A stretch of DNA of 60,244 nt, the filler included, from Deltaproteobacteria bacterium (GTDB taxonomy: Bacteria; Myxococcota; JACRCW01), in NCBI GenBank assembly GCA_016218805.1. It is 3 parts of 3 records of this genome, joined end to end, with 100 filler letters (N's around TTAATTAATTAA, not from the genome) between each part and the next. Parts side by side here need not be neighbours in the genome. Positions count along the whole stretch, not along the records: positions 28,695 to 41,592 come from JACRCW010000027.1; 2 more parts are not named here. One strand, given 5' to 3'. This document shows, piece by piece, positions 29,264 through 39,202 of this stretch (its first letter is position 1; each line of letters starts with the position of its first letter). A program made the position numbers and the translations under genes. Under the pieces are notes generated by a model that made no database searches, had not been told where the DNA came from, and saw nothing but the letters and a program-made list of their open reading frames with translations.

Positions 29264-30256
29264 GTGAAGAAGGTCATGCTGGGTGTCGTGGTGGTCGCGC
29301 TGGGCGCGCTGCTGGGGTGCGGCGGTGACAAGGCGGAGCAGCGGCCCCGCCGCGTGGGCATGAGCACGGAGGAAGCGCGGCAGCTGGTGGCCAGTTTGGA
29401 GCAGCAGCAGGCCAAGGCCAGCGACAAGGATGCGCTGCGCAACCCGCAGTCCATGGATGACCTGCTGCAGATCCTCAAGCGTGACCAGATTGACCTGTTC
29501 CCCGCCGGCGTGGCGTTTGCTGCCAAATCAGCGGACCCCAAGGCCAAGGCGCTGCAGGCGCAGATTGAACTGGCGTGGGGTGATGCGCACCTGATGCTGG
29601 CGGAGCTGTTCACCGACGCAGCCACCCGGCTGCGCGCCTCCGTCCGTCAGCTCAACCGCGGCGCGTTCCACGGCGAAGCGCAGCACGAGCGCGTGGCGGA
29701 GATGCAGAAGACCATCCAGCAGTGCGACACGGTGAGCCAGGCGCTGGAGATTCTGGCGGCCGAGCACACCGGCGCGGGCGCCAAGCTGGCGCAGGAAGTG
29801 ATCAACGCCAACCCGTCAGACTACGTGGGGTGGCGCTTGGCGGCGGACTTCTACCGGATGCGCGGCGAATGGCCGAAGTTTGACGACATGGTGAAGAAGA
29901 TTGAGGCGACCAACCCGGACAGCAATGGGCTGGTGTTCCTGCGCGGCACCGCGGCGTTGGAGCGTGACGGCAACGTGGCGGAGTCCAGCGCCCTGCTGCG
30001 CCAGGCGCTCACCAAGGACCCGCAGTTCACCCGCGCGCAGGCGCAGCTGGTGCTGTCGCGCCCGTCCATTGAGGAGACGTACGAGGAGCTCAACAAGCTC
30101 AAGGCGCTGGCGCCCAACCACCAGATCGTCGTGTGGGCCGGCCCGGCCATCAGCGCGGCGTACAACGCGCGCATGGAGACGCTGAAGAGCCGGCAGGGCA
30201 ATACGCGCACCACCAACCCGGGTGACGCTTCGCCCCCGGGCCGCCAGCCCAACTGA
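29264..30256 (+). CDS. TPR-like lipoprotein
   Basis: GAGGAG SD, LLGC lipobox, helical TPR-like repeats (ALTKDPQF, ALAPNH). Confidence 0.8.
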   Translation: MKKVMLGVVVVALGALLGCGGDKAEQRPRRVGMSTEEARQLVASLEQQQAKASDKDALRNPQSMDDLLQILKRDQIDLFPAGVAFAAKSADPKAKALQAQIELAWGDAHLMLAELFTDAATRLRASVRQLNRGAFHGEAQHERVAEMQKTIQQCDTVSQALEILAAEHTGAGAKLAQEVINANPSDYVGWRLAADFYRMRGEWPKFDDMVKKIEATNPDSNGLVFLRGTAALERDGNVAESSALLRQALTKDPQFTRAQAQLVLSRPSIEETYEELNKLKALAPNHQIVVWAGPAISAAYNARMETLKSRQGNTRTTNPGDASPPGRQPN

Positions 30257-30323
30257 GGTTGACTGCGCGCGCGCCCCGGCCATCCTCCCGGGCGGGTGCG
30301 CGCCCCGGCAGGACGCGCCCAGG

Positions 30324-31391
30324 ATGGGAGCGTGCGTGAGCCTGCCCCGCCCGTGCTTCTCCGTCCTCCCGGCCCTCCTTGCCGGGCTGGCGGCCTGCAT
30401 GCCCGGGGACCTGGACGTGGTGTTCACGGATGATTTCCCGCGGGACGGCCTGGACGAGCCGTACCTGGCGGGCAGCGCCGCACACATCGTCGCCCGCGTG
30501 GCCGGCAGGCGCGTGGAGTGGGAATCCCCGGGCGTGCCGTGGCAACTGCGGTCCCTGGATGAGACGGTGCTGGTCCTGTCCCAACAGCGCGCGCAGGAGG
30601 CTCCCCTGGACGGGCTGGGTCCGGGCGTGGACGCCCGGGCGGAACTGCGGTCCGCGGGGACGGCGGTCGTCATCGCCCTGGACCGGCGCGGGGAGCAGGT
30701 GGCCAGCGTCCCGGTGCGGGTGCGCCTCCCCACGCGCGTGGCGCTGGTGGACCCGTTGCAGGACTGGCTGCGGGGCGTCCCCGGCGGCGGTGAACGCGAG
30801 CGGCTGCGCGTCCTGGCAGGCGAACTGGTGACCGTCCAGTTGCGCTTCTTTGACGGCCCCCGCCAGTTCCCGGGGCGGCCGCTGAATGAGGTGTCCGCGC
30901 CGGGGTGCAACGTCCGCGCATGGCAGCCGCCCGCGGGGTTCGGGCGGGCACTGTCCGTCGGCGAACCGGCCACCGTCGACCTCAACTGCACGGCGGATAC
31001 GGAGCTGTCCATCCTGGTGGGGGCGACCCGCTATTCCTGGCCGATTGAGGTTGTCCATGAACTGGGTGGCCTCCAGCTGGAGACGCAGGATGCCGGTTCC
31101 TCGCTGCGGGCCGTGGCGCGGGGGATGGACGTGGACGGCGGGCTGCTGGACGGCGTGGCCTACCAGTGGTGCCGGCCGGGTGTTGATGACGGTTCCGGGC
31201 GGATGGACTGGCAGCCCGGCCGGATGCCCCTGGAACTGGTGGCGTGCCGGGGTGATGCGGGCGCCCGCACCACGGAGCACTGGACCCCGCCGGCGTCCAC
31301 CGCCACGTGCCTGTCGCTGGCGCCCACGGATGCTTGCCTGGTGTTGGTGGTGCTCCTGGCGCTGGCGCGGCGGCGCCGGCGTTTCTGCTAG
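30324..31391 (+). CDS. secreted protein with N-terminal lipobox and C-terminal Cys-TM-poly-Arg tail
   Basis: LAGLAAC lipobox; ends TCLSLAPTDACLVLVVLLALARRRRRFC; start uncertain (30324 or 30336). Confidence 0.65.
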   Translation: MGACVSLPRPCFSVLPALLAGLAACMPGDLDVVFTDDFPRDGLDEPYLAGSAAHIVARVAGRRVEWESPGVPWQLRSLDETVLVLSQQRAQEAPLDGLGPGVDARAELRSAGTAVVIALDRRGEQVASVPVRVRLPTRVALVDPLQDWLRGVPGGGERERLRVLAGELVTVQLRFFDGPRQFPGRPLNEVSAPGCNVRAWQPPAGFGRALSVGEPATVDLNCTADTELSILVGATRYSWPIEVVHELGGLQLETQDAGSSLRAVARGMDVDGGLLDGVAYQWCRPGVDDGSGRMDWQPGRMPLELVACRGDAGARTTEHWTPPASTATCLSLAPTDACLVLVVLLALARRRRRFC

Positions 31392-31403
31392 GGTGGCGGG
31401 ACC

Positions 31404-32624
31404 GTGGTCGACCTCTTCCTGCTTGCCGTGCGCAACGTCGTCCGGAACACCCGGCGCAGCGCCATCACGTTCATCGCCGTGCTGCTGGCGGTGGCCATCA
31501 TGCTGGCCATCCGCGGCTTTCTGACCGGCCTGCAGGACTCCATGCGGGACATGGTGGTGGAGGGGCAGCTCGGCGCCATCCAGGTGTACCGCGAAGGCTA
31601 CCGCAAGCAGGTCTTTGGCTCGCCGCTGAACCTGGCCATGCCCGCCGACGAGACTGTCCTGCAGCGCCTGCGCGACATTCCGCACGTGCGTGGCGCGGGC
31701 TACCGGCTGCGGTTTGGCGGCATGGTGTCCAATGGGGATACCACGGTGTTTGCCATGCTCACCGCGGTGGATCCGGCCCGGGACCTGGAGGTGTGCCCGC
31801 GGCGCCCGGAGGACCTGGCCAGCGGCGCGCTGCCTGCGCCGGGGGATCCGGGCGGCGCGGTGCTGGACGTGGAGCTGGCCCGCAAGCTGGGTGTTGGCGC
31901 GGGGAAGAACGCGGTGATCCTCGCCGCGGACCGCGAAGGCGTGCTCAACGGCGCGGAGATCCACCTCACGGGCACTATGTCCGCGGGCAAGTTGCCGGGG
32001 ATGGAGGCCAAGGTGGGTCTGGTCACGTTGGCCGCGGCGCAGGAGCTGCTGCGCATGCCGGGGCTGGCCACGGAGCTGGTGCTTGGCGTGGATGACCTGG
32101 AACGCGTGGACGAGGTGCGCGCGCGCGTGGTGGCCGTGATGGGCCAGGGTTACGAGACCGCGGCCTGGTACGAGTCCGCGTCGTTCGTGAAGGACATGAT
32201 TGCCATCCAGAACGCCATCTCCATGGTGGTGTCGGGGATCTTCCTGGTGGTGGCGTTGCTGGGCGTGGCCAACACCATGCTGATGAGCGTGCTGGAGCGC
32301 ACGCGTGAGGTGGGCACCATGCTGTCGGTGGGCATGCGGCGCCGCCGCGTGCGCCTGCTGTTCCTGGTGGAGGCGGGGTTGCTGGCGCTGGTGGGCGCGG
32401 TGTCCGGCGCCGGCGTGGCCGTGGGGCTGGTGTTGCACTGGCGGCGCGCGGGGCTGGACTTTCATGTCCCGCTCGGGTTTGACGTGCACCTCTTCCCGCG
32501 CCTGACCACCGTCGCTATCGTCGCCACCGTCATGGTCACCTGCCTGGGCGCTTTGCTGAGCGCGCTGTGGCCCGCGTGGAAGGCGTCCCGCCTCCGCCCG
32601 GTGGAGGCGCTGGCCCACGTATGA
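31404..32624 (+). CDS. ABC transporter permease, FtsX/MacB/LolE family
   Basis: AVRNVVRNTRRS, NTMLMSVLERTREVG and ASRLRPVEAL motifs. Confidence 0.92.
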   Translation: MVDLFLLAVRNVVRNTRRSAITFIAVLLAVAIMLAIRGFLTGLQDSMRDMVVEGQLGAIQVYREGYRKQVFGSPLNLAMPADETVLQRLRDIPHVRGAGYRLRFGGMVSNGDTTVFAMLTAVDPARDLEVCPRRPEDLASGALPAPGDPGGAVLDVELARKLGVGAGKNAVILAADREGVLNGAEIHLTGTMSAGKLPGMEAKVGLVTLAAAQELLRMPGLATELVLGVDDLERVDEVRARVVAVMGQGYETAAWYESASFVKDMIAIQNAISMVVSGIFLVVALLGVANTMLMSVLERTREVGTMLSVGMRRRRVRLLFLVEAGLLALVGAVSGAGVAVGLVLHWRRAGLDFHVPLGFDVHLFPRLTTVAIVATVMVTCLGALLSALWPAWKASRLRPVEALAHV

Positions 32625-33841
32625 ACGCGCCGCTGCTTGCCCTGGCCGCCCGCAACGTGCTGCGCAACCGTCGGCGCAGCATGCTCACCGCGGGCGCGGT
32701 GCTGGTGGGTGTCATGGCAGCGGTCACGCTGCGCGGCGTGGCCAACGGCTACCTGCGTGGCATGCGCGAAATGATGGTGCGCTCCAACGTGGGCGTGGTG
32801 CAGGTGCACGCGCGCGGGTTCGCGGGGGCGGACAAGCCACCCGTTGAACTGGACCTGCCGGCCACGCCGGAGTTCCTGGCAAAGATGGCCGCCGTGCCCG
32901 GCGTGGACGCCGTGGCGCCGCGCCTGGTGTTTGAGGGGATGCTGAACAACGGGACGGCCAGCACCATGGTGCAGGTGACGGCGGTGTCCCCCGCCGCGGA
33001 GTTCCGCGTCACGCCGGAGCGCTTCTCCGGCGGCCGCGCGTCCAGCCCGCTGGTGGAGGGTGACGCGGGCAAGGCGCTGCTGGGCTCCACGCTGGCGGAT
33101 GCGCTGGGTGCCAAGGACGGCGCGTCGCTCACGTTGCTCACCAGCACGCGCGCGGGCGCGTCCAACGCGCTGGACCTCACCATGAAGGGGCGCTTCACCA
33201 CGCCCAACCCGCTGGAGACCAAGCGCACCCTCACCCTCACGTTGGACCACGCGCAGGAGCTCACCGGGTTGCCGGACCGCGCCAATGAGATCGCCATTGG
33301 CGTGCGCGAAATTGACGACGCGGACGACGTGAAAGCGCGCCTGCAGGCAGCGCTGGGGGGGGACTACGAGGTGGTCACCTGGCGCGAGCGCCTGCCCATC
33401 TTCGGCGAGGTGTTTGAGCTCATCGGGTCCATCTTTGCCATCGTGTATGTCGTCCTGTTTGTGCTGGTGCTGTCCGGCATCCTCAACACCATGCTGATGA
33501 GCGTGTATGAACGCGTGCGCGAGATTGGCACCATGATGGCGGTGGGCACGCGGCGGCGGCGCGTGCTGCAGATGTTCCTGGTGGAGTCCGCGCTGCTGGG
33601 CGGGGGCGGCGGCCTGGCAGGCGCCACGGTGGGCCTGGTGCTGGTGACGGTGATGAACGTGCGCGGGATTGACTTCACGCCGCCCGGCGGCACCGCCACC
33701 ATCCACTTCCGGCCGTTCATTGCGCCGGGGTACGTGGCGCTCTCCCTGGGAATCGCCGTGGTGGGCGCGGTGCTGGCGGCGCTGCTCCCCGCGCTGCGCG
33801 CGTCACGGTTGTCACCCGTGGAAGCGCTGCGCTCCGTGTAA
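32621..33841 (+). CDS. ABC transporter permease, FtsX/MacB/LolE family
   Basis: ARNVLRNRRRS, NTMLMSVYERVREIG and ASRLSPVEAL motifs; ATGA overlap with the upstream permease. Confidence 0.92.
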   Translation: MNAPLLALAARNVLRNRRRSMLTAGAVLVGVMAAVTLRGVANGYLRGMREMMVRSNVGVVQVHARGFAGADKPPVELDLPATPEFLAKMAAVPGVDAVAPRLVFEGMLNNGTASTMVQVTAVSPAAEFRVTPERFSGGRASSPLVEGDAGKALLGSTLADALGAKDGASLTLLTSTRAGASNALDLTMKGRFTTPNPLETKRTLTLTLDHAQELTGLPDRANEIAIGVREIDDADDVKARLQAALGGDYEVVTWRERLPIFGEVFELIGSIFAIVYVVLFVLVLSGILNTMLMSVYERVREIGTMMAVGTRRRRVLQMFLVESALLGGGGGLAGATVGLVLVTVMNVRGIDFTPPGGTATIHFRPFIAPGYVALSLGIAVVGAVLAALLPALRASRLSPVEALRSV

Positions 33842-33846
33842 GAACG

Positions 33847-34731
33847 TCAAACAGCCGCCAGCGCGTCCGCCCAGCGTGCCGCTTCCGGCTCCCGTTCCGG
33901 CGCGGCAAACACGCCCAGCGCGCGTTTGAACAGCGCCAGCCGCTCCTCCCACCCCGGCACCTCCCCCATCCACGTGGTCACGCCGTCCGCCGGCGCGCGT
34001 ACAAACTCCAAAGACACCGCCACCCGCGCCGCCGCGCCCAACCCCGTGGCCACGCCGCCCCAGTGCAGCAGCGCGGGGTCCCAAGCCATCACGGTCCCGG
34101 CGGCGGCCGGCAGCGCGCGCGCGTGGTGCAGCAGGCGCCCGGTCTCTTCCGCGGTCCACCGCTCCGTCGCCGCAAAGCGCGACGACAGCTCCGGGCACGC
34201 GCGGGCGGGCAGCACATGAATGCACCCGTTGTCGAGCGTCGCGTCCGTCACGGCGACCCATACGGTCAACCGGTGCGGCAGCCCGTCGTCGTCAATGGGA
34301 ACGCGGGCTTCGTCCTGGTGCGGCGGCCACCCGCGCGCACCCTGGTGCGCCGCCACCGCGTGCACCCACGCCAGCGCGGCCTGATGCACGTCCGGGCCCA
34401 GCAGTGCGCGCACCACCCCGCGCACGGACGGTCCCGCCAGGATGCGCCAGGCGGGTTCCAGCAACAGCAGACACGCGGACGGCCACCCGTCCGCGCGGAC
34501 CGCGTGGTGTGCCCGGCGCAGGATCTCCACTTCCGCGGGCGCCAGCGCACCGGGCGCCACCGCATAACCGTCGTCGCGCAGGCGCTCCTGCAGTCCATCC
34601 CAGGCGGGCGTCTCACCGGGCGCAGGCACCGCGGAGGAGAACAGCGCCTGCCACGTGGCGGGATCCGCCAGCCGCCTCAACCGGTCCGCGTCCGGCCGCG
34701 CCTCCACCCGGCGCCCAAACCCCGCCGTCAC
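33847..34731 (-). CDS. phytanoyl-CoA dioxygenase (2OG-Fe(II)) family protein
   Basis: DDGYAV, PHQD (HxD), TVWVAVTDATLDNGC and LLHWG motifs; GTG start overlaps the upstream TGA. Confidence 0.85.
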   Translation of the reverse strand: MTAGFGRRVEARPDADRLRRLADPATWQALFSSAVPAPGETPAWDGLQERLRDDGYAVAPGALAPAEVEILRRAHHAVRADGWPSACLLLLEPAWRILAGPSVRGVVRALLGPDVHQAALAWVHAVAAHQGARGWPPHQDEARVPIDDDGLPHRLTVWVAVTDATLDNGCIHVLPARACPELSSRFAATERWTAEETGRLLHHARALPAAAGTVMAWDPALLHWGGVATGLGAAARVAVSLEFVRAPADGVTTWMGEVPGWEERLALFKRALGVFAAPEREPEAARWADALAAV

Positions 34732-35471
34732 TTCCCCGCCGCCAGCGCCCCGCGGAACACGTGCGCCGGCGCCGCAGGGTCCGTGAGCTGCGTGACGGCG
34801 GAGAACGTGCCGTCCGTGTTCAGGTCCACCGGTCCGGGGAACACCAGGTGCTGCGGGTCCCACGCCACCTGCCCCTCCTCCAGGCAGGACGGCGTCAGCA
34901 GCACCGGCGCTCCGCCCGTCGGAGGGACGCGCAGCACGTCCCCGCGGCGGCTTCGGCACAGCAGGCTTCCATCCGCCGCAACCGACGGGCCGGTGCAGTC
35001 CGCCACCTTGGTCACCTGCGCGGTCACCACGTCGGTTTGCACAACGTACGCGGTGAAATGCGCGGTTGCACCCGCGCCCTCCAGCGCCACGTGGTCCGCA
35101 AACACGGTCGCACCGTCGCCGCGCACCGCGATGTTGCCGCCCGTGTAGCCAGCCACCTTGCGCGGCACCGCATCCCGCAACAGGAACGCGGACACCTCGC
35201 AGCCGGCGTCGTTGCAGCGCTCGGCCACGCGAATGACGGCAACGGGACCCGCCGCCGTCACGTCGCACTGGTCCAGCGGCCGCTCCCACGTCAGCACACG
35301 GGCGCACAACGCCACTGTCTCCTCGGGCGAGCCCGCGCGCGCGGCCTCGTCCAGGAACGCCCGCACCGCCGCCGGATCAGCGGGCGGTGGCGCGGCCGGC
35401 TCGCGGGAGACGCGTGCGGGCGCGGTGGACGCGCATCCCGCGAGCAACAGCAGTGCGACCGCCCGCCTCAT
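34728..35471 (-). CDS. hypothetical lipoprotein
   Basis: LLLAGC lipobox; coupled to genes on both sides. Confidence 0.7.
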   Translation of the reverse strand: MRRAVALLLLAGCASTAPARVSREPAAPPPADPAAVRAFLDEAARAGSPEETVALCARVLTWERPLDQCDVTAAGPVAVIRVAERCNDAGCEVSAFLLRDAVPRKVAGYTGGNIAVRGDGATVFADHVALEGAGATAHFTAYVVQTDVVTAQVTKVADCTGPSVAADGSLLCRSRRGDVLRVPPTGGAPVLLTPSCLEEGQVAWDPQHLVFPGPVDLNTDGTFSAVTQLTDPAAPAHVFRGALAAGK

Positions 35472-38400
35472 TGCACCGTCACGCTGGGGATGCGCGTGGA
35501 GAACACCTCTGTGACGTCCTCCACGTGGCGCACCGCCACCACGCCGCCAGAGCTGCCCTTGAACGCGCCCTCCAGCAGCAGCCGCAAGGTGCGTGACCCG
35601 CGGAACGGAACAGCAATGAGCTGCATCTGCTGGCTGCCCATGCCCTGTTGCCCGTAGATGAGCTGACCGCGGTAGTCACTGAGGATGTCTTCTGTCTGCT
35701 TGATTGACGTCGTGGAGGGCACCGCAATGATCGCGTAGTACTCCAGCGGATCGCGCTGGGCGTCCAGCTCAATGGTCAGCCCAAGCTCGCCGCCCATGGC
35801 CGCACGCGCGGTGGACAGCGCGGCCCTGGCCACCGTCTCGCCGCGGCCCGGGTTGAACAGGTCCACGCTGCCCTGCTTGTCCAGGCGCACCACGCACCCC
35901 GCGGGCACCTTCAGCGTCACCGCGCCGCGGATGGATTCCTCAAACGCCATCGGCTTCCCGTCGGCGGTGACCGTGCCCTTGGGCTCGCCGCCCTTGAGTC
36001 CCATCATCAGCAGCAGTTCCATGAAGCGGACCATGGCCATGGGCGTGGAGTAGACGCCGCCCAACAGCGCCGGGCCCTGCACCATCCCGGGTTCCTGCGC
36101 CAGGATCATCCCGCGCGTGATGCGTTCATACAGCTCGCCAAACCGCTTGAGGTCGCCCTGCGCGTACAGCCCCTTGGCAATCTCCGTCAGGTACTGCAGC
36201 GCGCCCACGCGTTCAAACGCGCGTAGGAAACGGAACACGTCATACGCCTTGGAGAACGCCAGCTCCGTGTCCTTCTGGTTCCAGTCCACGCGCGGCAGCA
36301 GCTTGTCCACCGCCCACTTGGTGACCGCGTCGTCGGTGGGCACGCGGTAGACCACCTTGCCGTCAATCTCCACGGGGATGACGCTGTCGCCCTGCGCGTT
36401 GTACCCGCCCGCCTCCTCCAGCGAAATCCCGCGCCGCGTCAGCCCCGCATCCAGCTTGGCCGCGAGGTCGCGCGCCTGCGTCAGCGCGGCGGTCACCAGC
36501 GTGTCGGAAACATTCGCCTGCATCAGCGTGGCAATCATGCTGTGCAGGTTGCGGCTGACCCACGCGGTCCACAGGGTGCTGCCGGGGATGCCGGGGTACG
36601 GGCGGATGAGCGCCTCCTGCGGGTCGTAGAACGCGGTGGACAGATCACGCACCGCCTTCTCCAGGCCCACCTTCAGCGTCTGCTCCAGGCCCTCGTCGTC
36701 CAGGATGTGCCGGTGGACGGCGGCAATCAGCACCGCGCGCACAGCCACCTGCGCGCTCAGCGCCTCCGCGTGGCCAAACCAGCTCTCCATGGTGGTCACC
36801 ATGTTCATCACGATGCCGCGCAGCAGCCCGCCCGGCGTCGCGTACACCCTCGCCGTCTCATCGCTGCCAACCACAATTGACTGGCCCTCGCGCACCACCA
36901 CCAGGCGCGAGTACGTCACCGGTTCCGACGACACCATGCGCACCGGGAGATCGCGCTGGTCCATCAGCCTGCCCTTGGGGTTGCGCAGCGCCAGCGACAA
37001 CGTGCCGGGGGACCCGGCCTGCCAGCCCAGCTCCACGCTGTTGCGGCCCGGCTTGACGGGGAACACCTGCGGCTTGGGCAGGCCCGGCCCCGTCACGGTC
37101 AGCGTCAGTGTCTCCTGCGTGCTGTTGTCCACGTCCATGGGGATGGTCAGCTGTGCACCGGGAACCAGCACGCGCGGGATGCGCGCCTCCACCGCCGCCT
37201 GGCGCGTCACATCCATCTCCTTCTGCGCCTGCGCGTGGTCCAGCCCGTTGACGGCGACAAACCGGAACACCACGCGTCCCATCTGCGGCGGCAGGGTCAC
37301 CTCCACGGTGGCCTTGCCGTTGGCATCCGTCTCCACGCGCCCCACAAACACCACCTTCTTGTCGCCCTCGCGCACCACCTCGCCCTGCGGCTCGTCTTCC
37401 GACGTGGGCGGACGGCGCGCCCCGCCCGGAGGAGGGGGAGGCGCGCCGGGGGCCATGGCACCGCTGGCCATGGGAGAGGGCGCGGCCAGGATGGGCATGG
37501 AACGCGCCCCGGCCATGGCTTCCTTCATCTTCTTGGCCGGACCGGCGCCGCCACCCTTGCCATTCCTGGCGCGCGGCATGGGCGCGTAGTCCGCCTCCGC
37601 CTTCTCCTCCTCGGGCGCGCGCAGGTCCATCCCCGTCCGGTCCGACCACGAACTCACGGCATTGGACACGTTGCGCACGCTGTCCCCAATGGAGCTGGCC
37701 AGCGGGGAGAACGGGCTCTTGGACGCCACGCGGTTGTCAAACGCCTCCAGGATCCCGGACACCTTCACCGGCTTCCCGTCCTTGGTCGCCACGGCAATGT
37801 TCACCGGCACCGCGTTGCGCGGCGCACCGGACGGCGGGATGTCCACCTTCACGTCCATCTCCGCGGGCGCAAACAGCACCGCCCACGCCTCGGTGAACTT
37901 CCCGTCCACAAAACCGCCCACCGTCAGGAACGTGTACGGCTGTCCCACCGGGATCTCCAGCGTCTGTCCCGTCGTGAGATCTCCCTTCAATCCCACATCT
38001 GCCGCGTCAAACGTGCCGTCCGTCTTCACGCGGTAGGTGCGCACCACGGGGTCCTTCCACACGCGCCGCACGGTGGCGCGCGCACGCCCGCCTTCGGCAA
38101 TCACGGACACCAGCTCCATGGGATCATCGCGTCCGCGCGCGCTCTCCACAAAGATCTGCCGCCCGGGCACCTGCACGGTCTTCTCGTACGGCGCCAGGCC
38201 GGCCTTGTGATTGAACGTCATGCCGCCGCTGACGGCGACCATGTCGCGCTCCACGTGGGAGGAACCTTCGAACTGGTGCCGCAGGCTCCCCTTGTCCGTG
38301 ACCACTTCAATCTGGAAGGGGCCGGAGTGCCCACCCACGTTCAGCGTCCCGGCAAACTTCCCGCCACGGACGTCCACCTTCTGTGACGGGCCCGCGTACG

Positions 38401-39088
38401 TGCCGTTGCATCCCGGCAGCATGCAGCGGCTGTGGACCAGCACGTCGCCGTCCCAGCCCTTGTTGTTCACGCGCAGCTCGTTCTTGAAGTTGAGCCCGTT
38501 GCCCCAGCGCTTGCCGGGGCCCGCCGCGTTGCCCAGGAACCACGCGCCGTCCTTGCGGTCCAGGTCATCCGCGCTGGTCACCTGCAGAAACTCGTACGCA
38601 AAGCTCATCGCCCCCAGCGTCCCGTCCACCACGGCAAACGTCGCGGTGCCGGTGACCTTGCCGTCGTCGGTCTTCACGTCCACGCGGTATTCGCCCAGCT
38701 GCAGGCGCGTGGTGGTGCCGTCCATGAGTTCCAGGACCGCCACGCCCTGGCCGTCCAGCTTGCCCTTGAAGTCCTTGGAAGCCGCGTCGCGCTTCTGCAG
38801 CGCCGCGGTGAACGCCCCGCCACCGCGGCCGGGCATGATGATCTTGAGGAACGCCTTCTCATTGGGCCAGTACTGCGGCTGGTCCACGGTGACGCTGACC
38901 AGGTCCAGCTTGAGTGCGGCGCCCACGTGCGCACCGGGCTCCAGGATCTTCTTGCGGGTCAGGTTGACCTTGAAGAACTTGGAGTCACGGATGTCATCCT
39001 TGGCGTCCCCGGCGGAGCCAAACCCCGCCAGCCCCAGCACCACCGCCCCCATGCCCGCCACCAGCCCCAACCTGCGCATGTGTCGCAT
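35468..39088 (-). CDS. alpha-2-macroglobulin-like secreted protein without thioester motif
   Basis: Signal peptide; VDQPQYWPNE (MG2-like), TDANGKATVEVTLP, IPRVLVPG and STLWTAWV motifs; GHAEA where GCxEQ is expected. Confidence 0.75.
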   Translation of the reverse strand: MRHMRRLGLVAGMGAVVLGLAGFGSAGDAKDDIRDSKFFKVNLTRKKILEPGAHVGAALKLDLVSVTVDQPQYWPNEKAFLKIIMPGRGGGAFTAALQKRDAASKDFKGKLDGQGVAVLELMDGTTTRLQLGEYRVDVKTDDGKVTGTATFAVVDGTLGAMSFAYEFLQVTSADDLDRKDGAWFLGNAAGPGKRWGNGLNFKNELRVNNKGWDGDVLVHSRCMLPGCNGTYAGPSQKVDVRGGKFAGTLNVGGHSGPFQIEVVTDKGSLRHQFEGSSHVERDMVAVSGGMTFNHKAGLAPYEKTVQVPGRQIFVESARGRDDPMELVSVIAEGGRARATVRRVWKDPVVRTYRVKTDGTFDAADVGLKGDLTTGQTLEIPVGQPYTFLTVGGFVDGKFTEAWAVLFAPAEMDVKVDIPPSGAPRNAVPVNIAVATKDGKPVKVSGILEAFDNRVASKSPFSPLASSIGDSVRNVSNAVSSWSDRTGMDLRAPEEEKAEADYAPMPRARNGKGGGAGPAKKMKEAMAGARSMPILAAPSPMASGAMAPGAPPPPPGGARRPPTSEDEPQGEVVREGDKKVVFVGRVETDANGKATVEVTLPPQMGRVVFRFVAVNGLDHAQAQKEMDVTRQAAVEARIPRVLVPGAQLTIPMDVDNSTQETLTLTVTGPGLPKPQVFPVKPGRNSVELGWQAGSPGTLSLALRNPKGRLMDQRDLPVRMVSSEPVTYSRLVVVREGQSIVVGSDETARVYATPGGLLRGIVMNMVTTMESWFGHAEALSAQVAVRAVLIAAVHRHILDDEGLEQTLKVGLEKAVRDLSTAFYDPQEALIRPYPGIPGSTLWTAWVSRNLHSMIATLMQANVSDTLVTAALTQARDLAAKLDAGLTRRGISLEEAGGYNAQGDSVIPVEIDGKVVYRVPTDDAVTKWAVDKLLPRVDWNQKDTELAFSKAYDVFRFLRAFERVGALQYLTEIAKGLYAQGDLKRFGELYERITRGMILAQEPGMVQGPALLGGVYSTPMAMVRFMELLLMMGLKGGEPKGTVTADGKPMAFEESIRGAVTLKVPAGCVVRLDKQGSVDLFNPGRGETVARAALSTARAAMGGELGLTIELDAQRDPLEYYAIIAVPSTTSIKQTEDILSDYRGQLIYGQQGMGSQQMQLIAVPFRGSRTLRLLLEGAFKGSSGGVVAVRHVEDVTEVFSTRIPSVTVQ

Positions 39089-39202
39089 GACTGATCCTCA
39101 TCGCCGCGAAGGTGCGCGGCGTTCCCCGGGGTGAAACGGTCCACCCGGCGCGGCGTTCTCCCGCTGATTCCCTTGGAGTGGCAAGCGCTTGCGGCGCGTG
39201 TC

